From: Terrimicrobiaceae bacterium
GTDB taxonomy: Bacteria > Verrucomicrobiota > Verrucomicrobiia > Chthoniobacterales > Terrimicrobiaceae
Assembly (NCBI GenBank): GCA_041752695.1
Contig: JBGSVZ010000012.1
Coordinates: forward strand, 32,001-96,000
Length of the DNA: 64,000 bases
Direction of reading: 5' to 3'
Position numbers and translations under genes: made by a program. The notes beneath the pieces are model-generated. The model made no database searches. It saw only the letters and a program-made list of their open reading frames with translations, and was not told where the DNA came from. Of this stretch, positions 28,502-40,618 are shown piece after piece (the stretch's first letter is position 1; each line of letters begins with the position of its first letter).

Positions 28502-29407
28502 ATGGAAAAGGCACTGAGTCAGGTTGTTCGGGATATTCTTTCCTCCTACGAGCGCGTGGGGGGATTGAATAATACGGACGGTCTGAACCTTCCTTCCAAG
28601 CGCGCGATTCACGGCATCTGCGATGACCTGCTGCAGATTCTTTTTCCCGGTTTTCATGACGAGGAAGCGGTTCATAAAAACTCGCTGCCGGTGCTCACGC
28701 GTCATCGTGTGACGAGCATGGTGGAACGGCTGGAAGAACAGGTCTGCAAGAGCCTGCGCATCGGCGATCCGGAATGTCCCACTTCTCGCGCGAAGGCGAT
28801 CCTGCTGGAGTTTTGCGAGGCGTTGCCCGGGCTGCGGGATCTGCTCAGTACGGATATCCAGGCGGCTTTTGATGGCGATCCCGCAGCGATCAGTCGGGAA
28901 GAAATCATTCTTTCGTATCCCTGCATCGAGGCGATTTCGATCCAGCGCCTGGCCCATCAGCTTTATCGTTCCGGCGTGCCGATGATTCCGCGCATGATGA
29001 CGGAGTGGGCGCACAGCCGCACGGGCATTGACATCCATCCGGGGGCAAAAATTGGGTCGCATTTTTTCATCGATCACGGCACTGGCGTGGTGATCGGGGA
29101 AACCTCGGAGATCGGACAGCATGTGAAGCTTTACCAGGGCGTGGCCCTCATCGCCCGTTCCCTCGCCGGTGGTCAGGCGCTGAAGGGTGTGAAACGCCAT
29201 CCCACTCTCGGGGACAAAGTGACAGTTTATGCCGGCACCACGATCATGGGCGGTGATACCGTGATCGGCGAAGGCTCGACGATCAGCGCCAACGTGTTTG
29301 TCACCCACAGCGTGCCTCCGCGTTCCCTCGTTCTTCTCGAAGAAAAACAACTCAGCATCCTGGATAAAAACGCCCGCCGGACGGCCAATCAGGAATGGTC
29401 GATATGA
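28502..29407 (+). CDS. cysE: Serine O-acetyltransferase (EpsC/CysE type)
   Basis: GDPAA, TGIDIHPGA, FIDHGTGVVIGET, KRHPT. Confidence 0.93.
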   Translation: MEKALSQVVRDILSSYERVGGLNNTDGLNLPSKRAIHGICDDLLQILFPGFHDEEAVHKNSLPVLTRHRVTSMVERLEEQVCKSLRIGDPECPTSRAKAILLEFCEALPGLRDLLSTDIQAAFDGDPAAISREEIILSYPCIEAISIQRLAHQLYRSGVPMIPRMMTEWAHSRTGIDIHPGAKIGSHFFIDHGTGVVIGETSEIGQHVKLYQGVALIARSLAGGQALKGVKRHPTLGDKVTVYAGTTIMGGDTVIGEGSTISANVFVTHSVPPRSLVLLEEKQLSILDKNARRTANQEWSI

Positions 29408-29412
29408 AGACA

Positions 29413-29447
29413 AAGTCGGAAATCGGAAGTCGGAGGTCAGAAGTCAT
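29413..29447. repeat. Heptamer tandem repeat
   Basis: AAGTCGG AAATCGG AAGTCGG AGGTCAG AAGTCAT. Confidence 0.65.
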
Positions 29448-29504
29448 TTTCACTTCCCAACCCTCACTTCGCCTTTCCAACTTCCCCCTTCGCCCTTTGC
29501 CAAC

Positions 29505-30653
29505 ATGGTCTATCTAGATTACAACGCCACGACTCCGCTCGCTCCGGAGGTTCTGGAAGCCATGCTGCCGCATTTGCGCGACGGTTACGGCAATCCCTCA
29601 AGCATCCATGCGCCCGGACGTGACGCCCGGGCAGCGGTGGACGACGCCCGCGACCGGCTGGCCGGTTTGCTCGGAGTGAAGGCGCACGAGTTGATCTTCA
29701 CGGGCGGCGGCACCGAGGCCTGCAATCTCGCGGTTCTCGGGCTCGCCCACGCTCACGCTCCGCGCGGCAGACATCTGATCACGGCGGCGGCTGAACATCA
29801 TGCCGTCCTGAATGCCTTCGAACATCTGCATCACCATGAAGGATTCGAACTGACCGTCCTGCCCGTGGACGCCCAAGGGCTGGTGGACCCCCAAACCCTG
29901 CGCGCGGCGCTCCGGCCGGACACCATGTTGGTCTCCGTGATGCACGCCAATAACGAAACCGGAACCATCCAGCCGGTGGAGGAACTCTCCGCAATTTGCC
30001 GAGAACGCGGGGTCTGTTTTCACACCGATGCGGTGCAAACTTTTGGCAAGCTCCCGGTTCGTCCGACGGAACTCGGCGCAGCGGCGGTTTCGCTGGCCGC
30101 CCATAAATTTTACGGTCCCAAGGGCGTCGGTGCCCTCTACCTGCGCGCCGGTGTTGCCCTGTCGAGGGTCGCACACGGAGGATCGCACGAGAACACCCGC
30201 CGTCCCGGCACGGAAAACGTCGCCGGCATCGCCGGCATGGCCGTGGCTGCGGAACTGGCCGAAACCAAACGCGAAGCCGAGCAAGTTCGCCTCGCCGCGC
30301 TGCGGGACAGTCTATGGACGGGAATCCACGCCGCCGCCCCGGGAGCCATCCGCAATGGCCACACCGATCGCACCCTGGCCAACACCCTCAACGTCAGTTT
30401 CCCAGGCATGGATGGCGAAGCGCTCCTCATCGGCCTCGACCTCGAAGGCGTTTGCGCCTCCAGCGGATCGGCCTGCATGGTGGGTTCTGTGCAGGCGTCC
30501 CACGTGTTGCTGGCCATGGGCGTCGAGCCCGCACTGGCTCTTTCCACCGTACGATTTTCCCTCGGAACCCAGACCTCCGAACCCGACATCAATCATTGTC
30601 TTCGCGCCCTCACCAAAGTGCTGGGTCGCCAGGCACAACTCCTTGCCGCGTGA
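29505..30653 (+). CDS. Cysteine desulfurase (IscS/NifS group I)
   Basis: YLDYNATTP, GNPSS, HKFYGPKG, SSGSAC. Confidence 0.93.
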   Translation: MVYLDYNATTPLAPEVLEAMLPHLRDGYGNPSSIHAPGRDARAAVDDARDRLAGLLGVKAHELIFTGGGTEACNLAVLGLAHAHAPRGRHLITAAAEHHAVLNAFEHLHHHEGFELTVLPVDAQGLVDPQTLRAALRPDTMLVSVMHANNETGTIQPVEELSAICRERGVCFHTDAVQTFGKLPVRPTELGAAAVSLAAHKFYGPKGVGALYLRAGVALSRVAHGGSHENTRRPGTENVAGIAGMAVAAELAETKREAEQVRLAALRDSLWTGIHAAAPGAIRNGHTDRTLANTLNVSFPGMDGEALLIGLDLEGVCASSGSACMVGSVQASHVLLAMGVEPALALSTVRFSLGTQTSEPDINHCLRALTKVLGRQAQLLAA

Positions 30654-31264
30654 TGAAATACACCCAACTCATGCTCGACTTCGGAAAGAACGTGCTTCGC
30701 CATGTCCGTCTGTTGCCCGACCTTCCGTCCACGCCCTCGCGCCCGAAGGAAAACCGGGACCCGATTCTCGAAAAACTCAGCCGTCAGCTTCTGAATCAGG
30801 CGGGCTGCCGCAATCTGCCGCTGACCGTACAATGGAATCCCCGTCTGCGCACCACCGCCGGCCTGGCCTGTTGGCGCACCAAAACCATCACCCTCAACCC
30901 CGGCCTGATCGAACTTTCGCCGGCTGAGGTTCAGCGCACCCTGCGCCACGAACTGGCCCATTTTCTGGCCCAGTACCGCGCGGGCCGCAAACGCATCCCC
31001 GCCCATGGCGACGAATGGCGCCAGGCCTGCCGCGATCTCGGCATCCCGCGCGAGCCCCGCTGCCATGACCTCCCCTTCAAACGCGCCAAAATGGAGCGCA
31101 AATTTTTTTACGCCTGCCGGGAATGCGGCACCTCGCTCGCCCGGGTAAGGCCGGTGAAAAAGCGCGTGGCCTGCCTGAAATGCTGCCGCAAACACAACGA
31201 CGGCAAATACCACGACCGCTACCGTTTCGTGCAGGTCCCGCCGCCGGAGCGTCTGGCGGCCTGA
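30653..31264 (+). CDS. SprT-like zinc metalloprotease with C-terminal Zn ribbon
   Basis: WNPRLRTTAG, HELAH, HGDEW, CREC..CLKC; ATG overlaps upstream TGA. Confidence 0.87.
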   Translation: MKYTQLMLDFGKNVLRHVRLLPDLPSTPSRPKENRDPILEKLSRQLLNQAGCRNLPLTVQWNPRLRTTAGLACWRTKTITLNPGLIELSPAEVQRTLRHELAHFLAQYRAGRKRIPAHGDEWRQACRDLGIPREPRCHDLPFKRAKMERKFFYACRECGTSLARVRPVKKRVACLKCCRKHNDGKYHDRYRFVQVPPPERLAA

Positions 31265-31495
31265 CCGCCGGAGGCGGCAACGCTCAACTTTCAGCCATGA
31301 ACGCTCAAGGATCCCCGGAACGCAGCGTGGCGATTCCGCGATTTCCTGGCAATTCGTGCAATTTGCCTCCGGCTTCGCCTCCGCCCCAGCGGGACTGTCT
31401 TTCAGACAGGCGATGTCGCTTCGCTTCATTGTGTCTGAAAAAGCTTCCCGCTGCGGGAAGTTCGGGATTTATTGCCCGTTCTTCCTTTCCCCAAA

Positions 31496-33442
<1,947 letters not shown>

Positions 33443-33522
33443 AAATTCCCTGCATCCACGGCAAGGTTTGCGGCGTTCCCTGAAATTAGCGGGGAACGTA
33501 CCTTCTCCGATTTCCGAATCTC

Positions 33523-33903
33523 ATGTCCATCCACACTGCACCGCCCGCCCACCTGAGGGAAAAAATCCTCCGGCGGATTGAATCCGAACCTGCGCGCGTC
33601 GAAACCGACATCAACGGGGGAGTCGTTTCCATGAACCCCGCGTTCACGGCACTTTGTGGCTACACCTATCCGGAGATCGTCGGCCGGAAACCCGGCAGTT
33701 TTTTGCAAGGGGAAAAAACCGAGCCCGACACGGTGCGGATTCTGCGGGAAGCCTTTCGCAACGCGCACTCCTGTGAGGTGGAAATGTCAAACTACCGCAA
33801 AGATGGGTCCATCTATCGGGTCCACATCCGGATGGATCCTCTGCGTGACGAGACGGGCACTCTGACAGGATTCCGCGCCATCGAACGGGAAATCCCTCGC
33901 TGA
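33523..33903 (+). CDS. Stand-alone PAS domain protein
   Basis: NPAFTALCGY, GRKPGSFLQG, NYRKDG. Confidence 0.85.
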   Translation: MSIHTAPPAHLREKILRRIESEPARVETDINGGVVSMNPAFTALCGYTYPEIVGRKPGSFLQGEKTEPDTVRILREAFRNAHSCEVEMSNYRKDGSIYRVHIRMDPLRDETGTLTGFRAIEREIPR

Positions 33904-34006
33904 CAACACTCGCCCGACGGACCGAGCGAACGCGGCTGTCCCCACTCCAAAAAATTCCCGCCGGACCATCCTTCGCGGCCCGGCGGGATCTTCCAACGGG
34001 CGCTGA

Positions 34007-37000
34007 TTAGGGCAGCACCCCGGAGAGTTTGTTCCCGCCCTCGTAAACGGGCATCTTATCGGTCTTCACCGCATTGGCGTTCCCGCTTGGCAACCCCGCG
34101 AAGCTATGGTCGTTCGACGCGTTCCACGGTGTTCCGCTTGGCACGGTGAAGCGGAACTGGATTTCCTTGCGGAAGGTCGAGCTGGACCCTGGGGCGATGC
34201 GCGTGCCGGTGAAATCGACGTCCACGTAGTAGATCCGGCGGGCGGCGTCGTGCACCTTGAGGGCGGAAACCGTGCCGCCCTGGGTGTAATTGGTCCGCAG
34301 GGTCACGGCCGATTCGTTGTACCCAGCGGCGAAAAGCTCCGAAAGATTCAGGTAATAGCGGAACGACAGTTTGTCCGAGGCTCGGGCCGGAAAGGACGAA
34401 CGATTATTTAACAAAGCGCGGATCTCCGTGAAAGTCGCGCCTTGTTGATTGATGGACGCCTCGACGAAAAACTCGTCGTCGGGCGTCTCCACCACCGGGA
34501 AGTTCGCCAGCGGCGTTCCGCCGAATTCGGAATACATCCGGGCCACCGCACCGGTAAACCCGGCGTTGTAGTCCATGGCAACTTCGTTGGTGATGTAGTT
34601 CGACCGGTCGTCCGAATAGGCCGTGTCGCTGGCGGAGGAGGGCCCGCCGACCAGCGCTCCGTAAAGGACATGGCGATTGTTGGTCGGGTTGCTGATGCTG
34701 TTGGCCCAGGACCCATGCGCGGCGCGATGGTGCGGGTTGATCGGCGGGTTGTTTCCGAAACCGACCACGTAGCTGCGGTTGTTCGGATTTTCGCCCAGCA
34801 TGTAGTTGATCTGCCGCCGGGCAAAGTCGCGGTAGCGCGTGCCGGTGTCGCCCACCTTGTCGGCGTAAATAAACGCCAGCAGCGACGTATTCGCGGAGTA
34901 GCGCAGGCTCCCCCAGGTGTCGAGCCAGGCCAGGCCCCCGGACGTGTAATTAATGCGGTTGCCGTTGTATCCCACCGTCCAGAAATCCAACCAGTTCTGG
35001 GTGGCCGTTTTGTAGATGCTCTTGCCGGTCAACTGGGCCAGCAGGACGGTGGCCCCGTTGATTTTGCCATCCCAGGAATGGGTCCACTTCTGGCTCGAGT
35101 TCGCGAAATGCTGGGTGTAAAGCGACTCGGCCTTGGTGAGGTAGGCGCTCTCGCCGGTGGCGCGGTAGAGCCAGGCGGCGGCCCAGACCAACTCGTCGTA
35201 GTAGCCGGAATAGGAGTTGTAAAAGCTCGCTGCGTTCGGGATCGCCGCCGTGTAGGACCCGCGATAGGTGTCCGCGAAGGTGAAGAGCTGGCGGGCATGG
35301 GTGAGTAGGGTCGCGGCATAGGCGGGATCCTCATTTTTGAAGAGGATGTAGGCGGCCGCGAGCGAGGCGGCGGCCTCCCCGGCGACTTCGGTGCCGGGTT
35401 TGGCGGTGTCCACCCTGAAGGCCGGACGGGCCATGGTCATGACTTCCGGTGGCCCCCAAAAGGAGTGGTCGGCGTTGCCATCGCCCACCTGCCCGTAAAA
35501 GACGTTTGCGCTGGGATGGGCTTTGATCAGCCAATCGGTGCCCCAGCGAATCGCACCGAGCAGATGCGCCTTCTGACCGGAGGCCTGATACCCGTCCGCA
35601 TACTCAATGCCGCCCCAGGCCAGCAAGGTGAGCGTGCTGGCTTTGGGCAGGACAAACTTCACGTGGTCACCCGCGTCATAATATCCGCCGCTGAGATCCA
35701 CTCCGACATCGCTGCCATCCTGCAGAGCGGAGTCGCCCCGCCAGGACACACGGTTGTTGGCGGGCAGTTTCCCGGACCGCTGCGCCTCGTAAAAGAAGAG
35801 GGACTTCTGCAAGGCCTCTCCGTAGTTGAATTTGCCGGTGCCGGTGGATTTTTCGCGGATGCTTACCGTGCCGACGGCGCGGCCGAGGACAGCACCGGTG
35901 GCGGAGGTGAGTTCGACCGTGAAAGCCTCCAGGCCCTCCGTGGTGGTGTCTCCAATGATGGAGACCGGAATGGTAAGCCGAGTCACGCCGGGTTGGAAGA
36001 CCAGCGTCCCATTGGCACTCTGGTAATCTCCTCCCGCCGCGGCTGTGCCATTTTTTGTGGTGTAAGCAACACCTGTGACCGAGGTGGACGCGGACGACAA
36101 CGTCACCGCCACCTGGACCGTAGTGGTGCCGGAGGTGGGTTCCTCCACGGACGCGTCCTCAATCGCGAACTGCCTGGCAGCCGGGGTCGGGGTGGGCGTG
36201 GGAGTCGGCACCGGGGTGGGGTTTGGCGTCGGTGTTGGCGTCGCGGTGGGGCTCGGCGTCGGAGTTGGAGTGGGCCCGGTTCCTCCTTGTGGCGAGAAGG
36301 TGAAGTTCGTGGGAGCCGTCCGGTAGTTGCCGGTCGAGGCCGTGAAGCCGAACCGGACGCTGCCGTTGGCAGGAATGTCCTTGTTCCAGGTGTGCGGCTT
36401 GGCATCGAAGGTGTAGGAGCCACCGGTATTGCTCACGACGCGGGCGTTCCAGATGCTGCCGATGGTGCGGTCCATTTTGAACCCGAGCACCCAATCTTTC
36501 AGCACGGCGCTGGTTTTGTTTTCGATGACCACGTCGCCTTGGAAACCACTGCCCCAATCACTGGTCACGGTGAAGATCACCCGCACATTGGCGAGATTCA
36601 CGGTCACGTTGGGCGAACCCGGAGTCGGCGTTGGGGTGGGCGTAGCCACGGGCGTCGGAGATGGGGTCGGCACCGGAGTGGGAGTTGGCGTCGGCGTCGG
36701 GGTGGGCGTCGAAACCGGTGTCGGGGAAGGTGTGGGCGTTGGGACGGGGGTGGGACTTGGGGTCGGCGTCGGCGTCCCCGGCGTGGTGCACACCATCCCG
36801 TATTGGAAGAGGAATTCGGTGGGGGCGGTTGTAATGCGGCCAGGAGCGCCGCTGTAGCCAAACGACACCTTGCCTTTGGCGGGGATGTCTTTGTTCCAGA
36901 GGTAGGGCTGGCCGTCGAAAAGGTAACGGTCGCCAGACTTCGCGACAAGGCGGGCGTTCCACGCGCTGACGGGCTCGTGGCCGTGGCGGAAGGCGAGGCA

Positions 37001-37897
37001 CCAATCGCGCAGCAACGCGGAGGTTTTGTTTTCGATGGTGATTTCGGCCTGGTAGCCGCTGATCCAGTCGTTGGCGACCTTGAAGGTCACTTTGACGAGC
37101 GTGTTTTCGTAGATCGTGTTGCCGGATCCGGGAACGGGAGTTCCGCCGGGAGTAGGCGTCGGAGTCGCACTAGGCGTCGGGCTCGGGGTCGCGCCCGGGG
37201 TCGGGGTGGGCGTGGGATTCCCATAGGGATCGCCCGGGTTTGCCGGTGCCACCATGGGCGTGGGCGACGCGGTGCCGTAATTGACACCGCCAAAATCAAG
37301 GTCGCTGGTCGAGAAAAAGACCTCACCGACCGGATCGATGCGTTGCCAGATCACGTAAAGGATATGACGGCCGGTGCGCTGGGGAAAATTGACGTCGAAG
37401 AGATAATTTTTCCCGACCAAGCGAACATTCTCGCCGCCCGGCAGGGGTTCAAGGTCGCTCCACTTCAGCGGCTGCCGCGGATCGTAGGTCGGCTTGGTGA
37501 TGTACGCCTCGAAGTAGCTCGGGTCGTGCGGCGTAGCGGCGGCGAAGACGCACCGATACGGGCCGGCTTGCATGCGCGTGGCGGGCCAATCCGTGCGGGG
37601 AAGGTTGAGACCGGCATACTTATCGCGGCCCGCGCCCGGAAGTTTTCCATCGGGAATCTGGGTGCGGTAGTCGTGATTGGGCAACTGACGGTTCACCTCA
37701 TGCCAGTCATAGAAGGCTTGCGTGCCCGCCACGGCGACAGCCGCCCGGCCCGCATCCGTGGTGGGACGTTCCGGATTTTCGAGGAAAACCTCATAGACCC
37801 GGCTCATCGGATCGGCCATGGAACCATGACCAAATCCCTGCGGCAGGGTGAGGAGGGACAGGGCAGCAACCCCGAGGAATGTGGTGAGCGCTTTCAT
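34007..37897 (-). CDS. Secreted multidomain cellulase: AA10 LPMO-CBM2-CBM2-Calx-beta-GH9-CBM3
   Basis: Signal peptide then H24 ([10 protein letters not shown]), TPH, IWQR..EVFF; two DW.SG[YF] CBM2; Calx-beta [10 protein letters not shown]9 [23 protein letters not shown]3 EFFVEA; PT linkers. Confidence 0.92.
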   Translation of the reverse strand: MKALTTFLGVAALSLLTLPQGFGHGSMADPMSRVYEVFLENPERPTTDAGRAAVAVAGTQAFYDWHEVNRQLPNHDYRTQIPDGKLPGAGRDKYAGLNLPRTDWPATRMQAGPYRCVFAAATPHDPSYFEAYITKPTYDPRQPLKWSDLEPLPGGENVRLVGKNYLFDVNFPQRTGRHILYVIWQRIDPVGEVFFSTSDLDFGGVNYGTASPTPMVAPANPGDPYGNPTPTPTPGATPSPTPSATPTPTPGGTPVPGSGNTIYENTLVKVTFKVANDWISGYQAEITIENKTSALLRDWCLAFRHGHEPVSAWNARLVAKSGDRYLFDGQPYLWNKDIPAKGKVSFGYSGAPGRITTAPTEFLFQYGMVCTTPGTPTPTPSPTPVPTPTPSPTPVSTPTPTPTPTPTPVPTPSPTPVATPTPTPTPGSPNVTVNLANVRVIFTVTSDWGSGFQGDVVIENKTSAVLKDWVLGFKMDRTIGSIWNARVVSNTGGSYTFDAKPHTWNKDIPANGSVRFGFTASTGNYRTAPTNFTFSPQGGTGPTPTPTPSPTATPTPTPNPTPVPTPTPTPTPAARQFAIEDASVEEPTSGTTTVQVAVTLSSASTSVTGVAYTTKNGTAAAGGDYQSANGTLVFQPGVTRLTIPVSIIGDTTTEGLEAFTVELTSATGAVLGRAVGTVSIREKSTGTGKFNYGEALQKSLFFYEAQRSGKLPANNRVSWRGDSALQDGSDVGVDLSGGYYDAGDHVKFVLPKASTLTLLAWGGIEYADGYQASGQKAHLLGAIRWGTDWLIKAHPSANVFYGQVGDGNADHSFWGPPEVMTMARPAFRVDTAKPGTEVAGEAAASLAAAYILFKNEDPAYAATLLTHARQLFTFADTYRGSYTAAIPNAASFYNSYSGYYDELVWAAAWLYRATGESAYLTKAESLYTQHFANSSQKWTHSWDGKINGATVLLAQLTGKSIYKTATQNWLDFWTVGYNGNRINYTSGGLAWLDTWGSLRYSANTSLLAFIYADKVGDTGTRYRDFARRQINYMLGENPNNRSYVVGFGNNPPINPHHRAAHGSWANSISNPTNNRHVLYGALVGGPSSASDTAYSDDRSNYITNEVAMDYNAGFTGAVARMYSEFGGTPLANFPVVETPDDEFFVEASINQQGATFTEIRALLNNRSSFPARASDKLSFRYYLNLSELFAAGYNESAVTLRTNYTQGGTVSALKVHDAARRIYYVDVDFTGTRIAPGSSSTFRKEIQFRFTVPSGTPWNASNDHSFAGLPSGNANAVKTDKMPVYEGGNKLSGVLP
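36182..37215 (-). repeat. Three Pro-Thr linker-encoding repeat tracts
   Basis: (PT)n tracts at about 36182-36275, 36620-36780 and 37150-37215. Confidence 0.85.
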
Positions 37898-37938
37898 TGG
37901 GAGCCATCGTGCAACAAATTTTCCAGGTTTCCCGTGCT

Positions 37939-37966
37939 ACTCGACCACGCGGGCCGGAAACTCGAC
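37939..37966. promoter_or_regulatory. Putative LytTR-binding direct repeat
   Basis: ACTCGAC at 37939 and 37960 (21-bp period) between divergent cellulase and kinase genes. Confidence 0.55.
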
Positions 37967-38020
37967 GAACCGGCCCTTTGTCGCGTTGACCCCGGGGCCT
38001 TCCACCCCCAACATGATGCC

Positions 38021-39079
38021 ATGGGAACAGACCCGTCCGAGCGGCGGCTCTCCACTTTCTGGCGCTGGAACATCGGGCTTTGGTCCGTCGTCGCCGTCCC
38101 GCTTTTTTTCGTCCGCTACACCATGCACGACAACGCCCTCCGGGCGCTTGGGCTGACGGTTTTCCAGGAAACGCTCTCGCTCCTCCTCTGTTGGGTGCTG
38201 CATCTGGCTTACCAACGCCTCACCCGCCACCGTGAAGAGTTCGGTCTGCACACCGCCACGCTGATGATTATCCTCAGCCTCATTGCCACCGGCGTCCAGG
38301 CCATGGCGGTGCTGTCCCTGGTTAGCGCGACCGGCTGGCAGAACCCCCTCTGGACCCCGCTTGAGGAATGGCTCATGAGGCTGCTTTTTTACTGGCTCAT
38401 CTACATGGCGTGCAGCCTGTTTTATTTCTGGATGCAGGCGGAAAAGGAGGCCCGGGAAAAGGGCGAGCTCGCCGCCGAATCCAAAGCTGCCGCCCAGCGC
38501 ATGGAACTGCAACTCCTCCGCGCCCAACTCGATCCCCACTTTCTTTTCAACTCCCTCAACGGCGTCGCCAGCGTCATCCCCTCCGACCCCGATGCCGCCG
38601 TTTCCATGGTTCTCGAACTTTCCGACTACCTGCGCTACTCGTTGGAAAATCGCAACAGCTCCATCATTCCGCTGGCTGCCGAGATCGATGCGATGAGCGC
38701 CTACCTCAAAATCGAACAGGCCCGGTTCGGGGAACAAATGTCCATGCGGGTGAAAGCGGAGGACGACGCCCGCCACCGCTCCATCCCGTGTTTCCTCCTT
38801 CAGCCCCTGGTGGAAAATGCCGTCAAACACAGCTTCCAGACCGCCGACCCGCCGTGGAAGGTGATGGTCCACGCCGAGACCCTGGGCAAAAACCTCGTCG
38901 TTACCGTGATCAACACCGGCCGCCTCTCGCCCGATCCCTACGGCACCGGCCTGGGCTTGCAGATTCTTCGGCGCCGCCTTCACATTCACTACCCGCGACG
39001 CCACCGCTTGAACCTCCACCAGCACAACGATACCGTCTGCGCCGAACTCGAACTCGAGGGAGAACCATGCTCCGCGTAG
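38021..39079 (+). CDS. LytS/YehU-family sensor histidine kinase
   Basis: Start reassigned to ATG 38021; about 4 TM; LRAQLDPHFLFNSLN, LQPLVENAVKH, GTGLGL. Confidence 0.92.
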   Translation: MGTDPSERRLSTFWRWNIGLWSVVAVPLFFVRYTMHDNALRALGLTVFQETLSLLLCWVLHLAYQRLTRHREEFGLHTATLMIILSLIATGVQAMAVLSLVSATGWQNPLWTPLEEWLMRLLFYWLIYMACSLFYFWMQAEKEAREKGELAAESKAAAQRMELQLLRAQLDPHFLFNSLNGVASVIPSDPDAAVSMVLELSDYLRYSLENRNSSIIPLAAEIDAMSAYLKIEQARFGEQMSMRVKAEDDARHRSIPCFLLQPLVENAVKHSFQTADPPWKVMVHAETLGKNLVVTVINTGRLSPDPYGTGLGLQILRRRLHIHYPRRHRLNLHQHNDTVCAELELEGEPCSA

Positions 39080-39789
39080 CCCTGGTGGACGACGAACCCC
39101 TCGCCCGTCAGGGCCTGCGCCGCATGCTGGCCACTCACCCGGAGGTCGAAATCGTGGCCGAAGCCGACCGCGTCGCCGTCGCCACGCCGCTTCTGCTGAA
39201 GGAAAAACCCGACGCCGTTTTCCTGGATATCCGTATGCCGGGGCCCGACGGTTTCGAGCTCCTCAAAACTCTCGACCCCTCGCCCAAGATTGTTTTCGTC
39301 ACCGCGCACTCGAATCACGCCGTCCGCGCGTTCGACGTCCAGGCCGTCGATTACGTGCTGAAACCGGTGCGACCCGAACGCCTTGCCGCCGCCGTCGCCC
39401 GCCTGCGCGCCGCCTGTTCCTCCGCCGAAGAATCCCCCATCTACGCCGCCGGTGATCGCATCTGCCTGCGCACGCCCCAGCGCACCGTCCTTGCCCCGCT
39501 CCAGGACGTCGCCGCCCTGGAAGCGGACAAGGATTTTACCCGCTTCCACATTGCCGGCGAGATCCCCATCCTCATTTGCCAGGGCATCGGCGATTATGCC
39601 CGCACCCTCCCTTCCCCGCCTTTTCTGCGCCTCAGCCGCTCGATCATCATCAACACCACCCGCATCGCGCGCGCCGACCATCCCTCCCGCAACGAGACCC
39701 GCCTCTGGCTCAAAGGCATGCCGATCCCCTTTCGCCTCGGCCGCGCCGCCCGCACCCGACTCAATGAATATTTGGGAGAGGCGGGGTGA
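39067..39789 (+). CDS. LytTR-family response regulator
   Basis: VDDEPLAR, FLDIRMP, DYVLKP, FLRLSRSIIIN. Confidence 0.92.
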   Translation: MLRVALVDDEPLARQGLRRMLATHPEVEIVAEADRVAVATPLLLKEKPDAVFLDIRMPGPDGFELLKTLDPSPKIVFVTAHSNHAVRAFDVQAVDYVLKPVRPERLAAAVARLRAACSSAEESPIYAAGDRICLRTPQRTVLAPLQDVAALEADKDFTRFHIAGEIPILICQGIGDYARTLPSPPFLRLSRSIIINTTRIARADHPSRNETRLWLKGMPIPFRLGRAARTRLNEYLGEAG

Positions 39790-40601
39790 GTTGGTTCCTT
39801 GGTGCGGTCCGCCGCTACGCCCAGGTTTACGCGATCATGTTTCGCAACTCCCTCATTCGGGAGATGAACTTCAAGGCCAACTTCCTTCTCTGGCTCGGCG
39901 TGGAGGTCTTGTGGTTTCTCGGCCAGATCGTCTTCATTGAAGTCATCTTCGGTTATGTCGAACACATCGGCGACTGGACCAAGTGGGAGGTCGTCCTCCT
40001 CGTCGGCACCCATCAGATTATCGCGCAGATCTTCCAGGCGTTTTTCTATGTGAACCTCGCCAATCTGCCGGAGCTTGTCCGCACCGGACGCCTCGACTTT
40101 CTGCTCCTTCAGCCCATCGACACGCAGTTTGTCGTCTCCGCCAAACAATTCGGCCTCGACAACCTCGTCAACGCACTCGTCGGCGTGGGTTTTGTCATTT
40201 TCGCCCTGGTCAAACTCCAATCCATGCCCACCGCCACCCAATTGGGTCTTTACGCCGTGGCTCTGGGTCTCGGCGTCATGATCCACTACAGCGTGCTCCT
40301 GTCCCTGGCGGCGGCGAGTTTCTGGATCGTCCGCGCGCAAGGGCTCATCTACGGCTACTACAGCCTTTTCAACCTTGGCCGCTACCCCGACGTGATCTAC
40401 CGCGGCATGTTCAAATTTGTCTTCAGCTGGATCATTCCGATTATCGTGGTGACAAACGTCCCCACCCGCATCCTCATCCGCCTTGGCGACAACCCCATGG
40501 CCCTCATCCTGCAACTCGCCCTTGCGGCGCTCTTCGTCACCGTGGCCACCCGCCTCTTTTGGAAAAGGGCGCTCCGCCAATACGCGAGCGCCAGTTCATA
40601 A
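39786..40601 (+). CDS. ABC-2 family permease (DUF990-like)
   Basis: Multi-TM; VRTGRLDFLLLQPID, GRYPDVIY. Confidence 0.85.
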   Translation: MSWFLGAVRRYAQVYAIMFRNSLIREMNFKANFLLWLGVEVLWFLGQIVFIEVIFGYVEHIGDWTKWEVVLLVGTHQIIAQIFQAFFYVNLANLPELVRTGRLDFLLLQPIDTQFVVSAKQFGLDNLVNALVGVGFVIFALVKLQSMPTATQLGLYAVALGLGVMIHYSVLLSLAAASFWIVRAQGLIYGYYSLFNLGRYPDVIYRGMFKFVFSWIIPIIVVTNVPTRILIRLGDNPMALILQLALAALFVTVATRLFWKRALRQYASASS

Positions 40602-40618
40602 GACCAGCCCTCCGTCCC

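Noticed and set aside
28502..30653. cysE + desulfurase as a DNA phosphorothioation or Fe-S cluster system
   Set aside because: No dnd/ssp, isc or suf partner genes adjacent
35465..38020. 1204-aa plus-strand ORF
   Set aside because: Only the part from 38021 is the kinase; the rest is an antisense shadow of the cellulase gene
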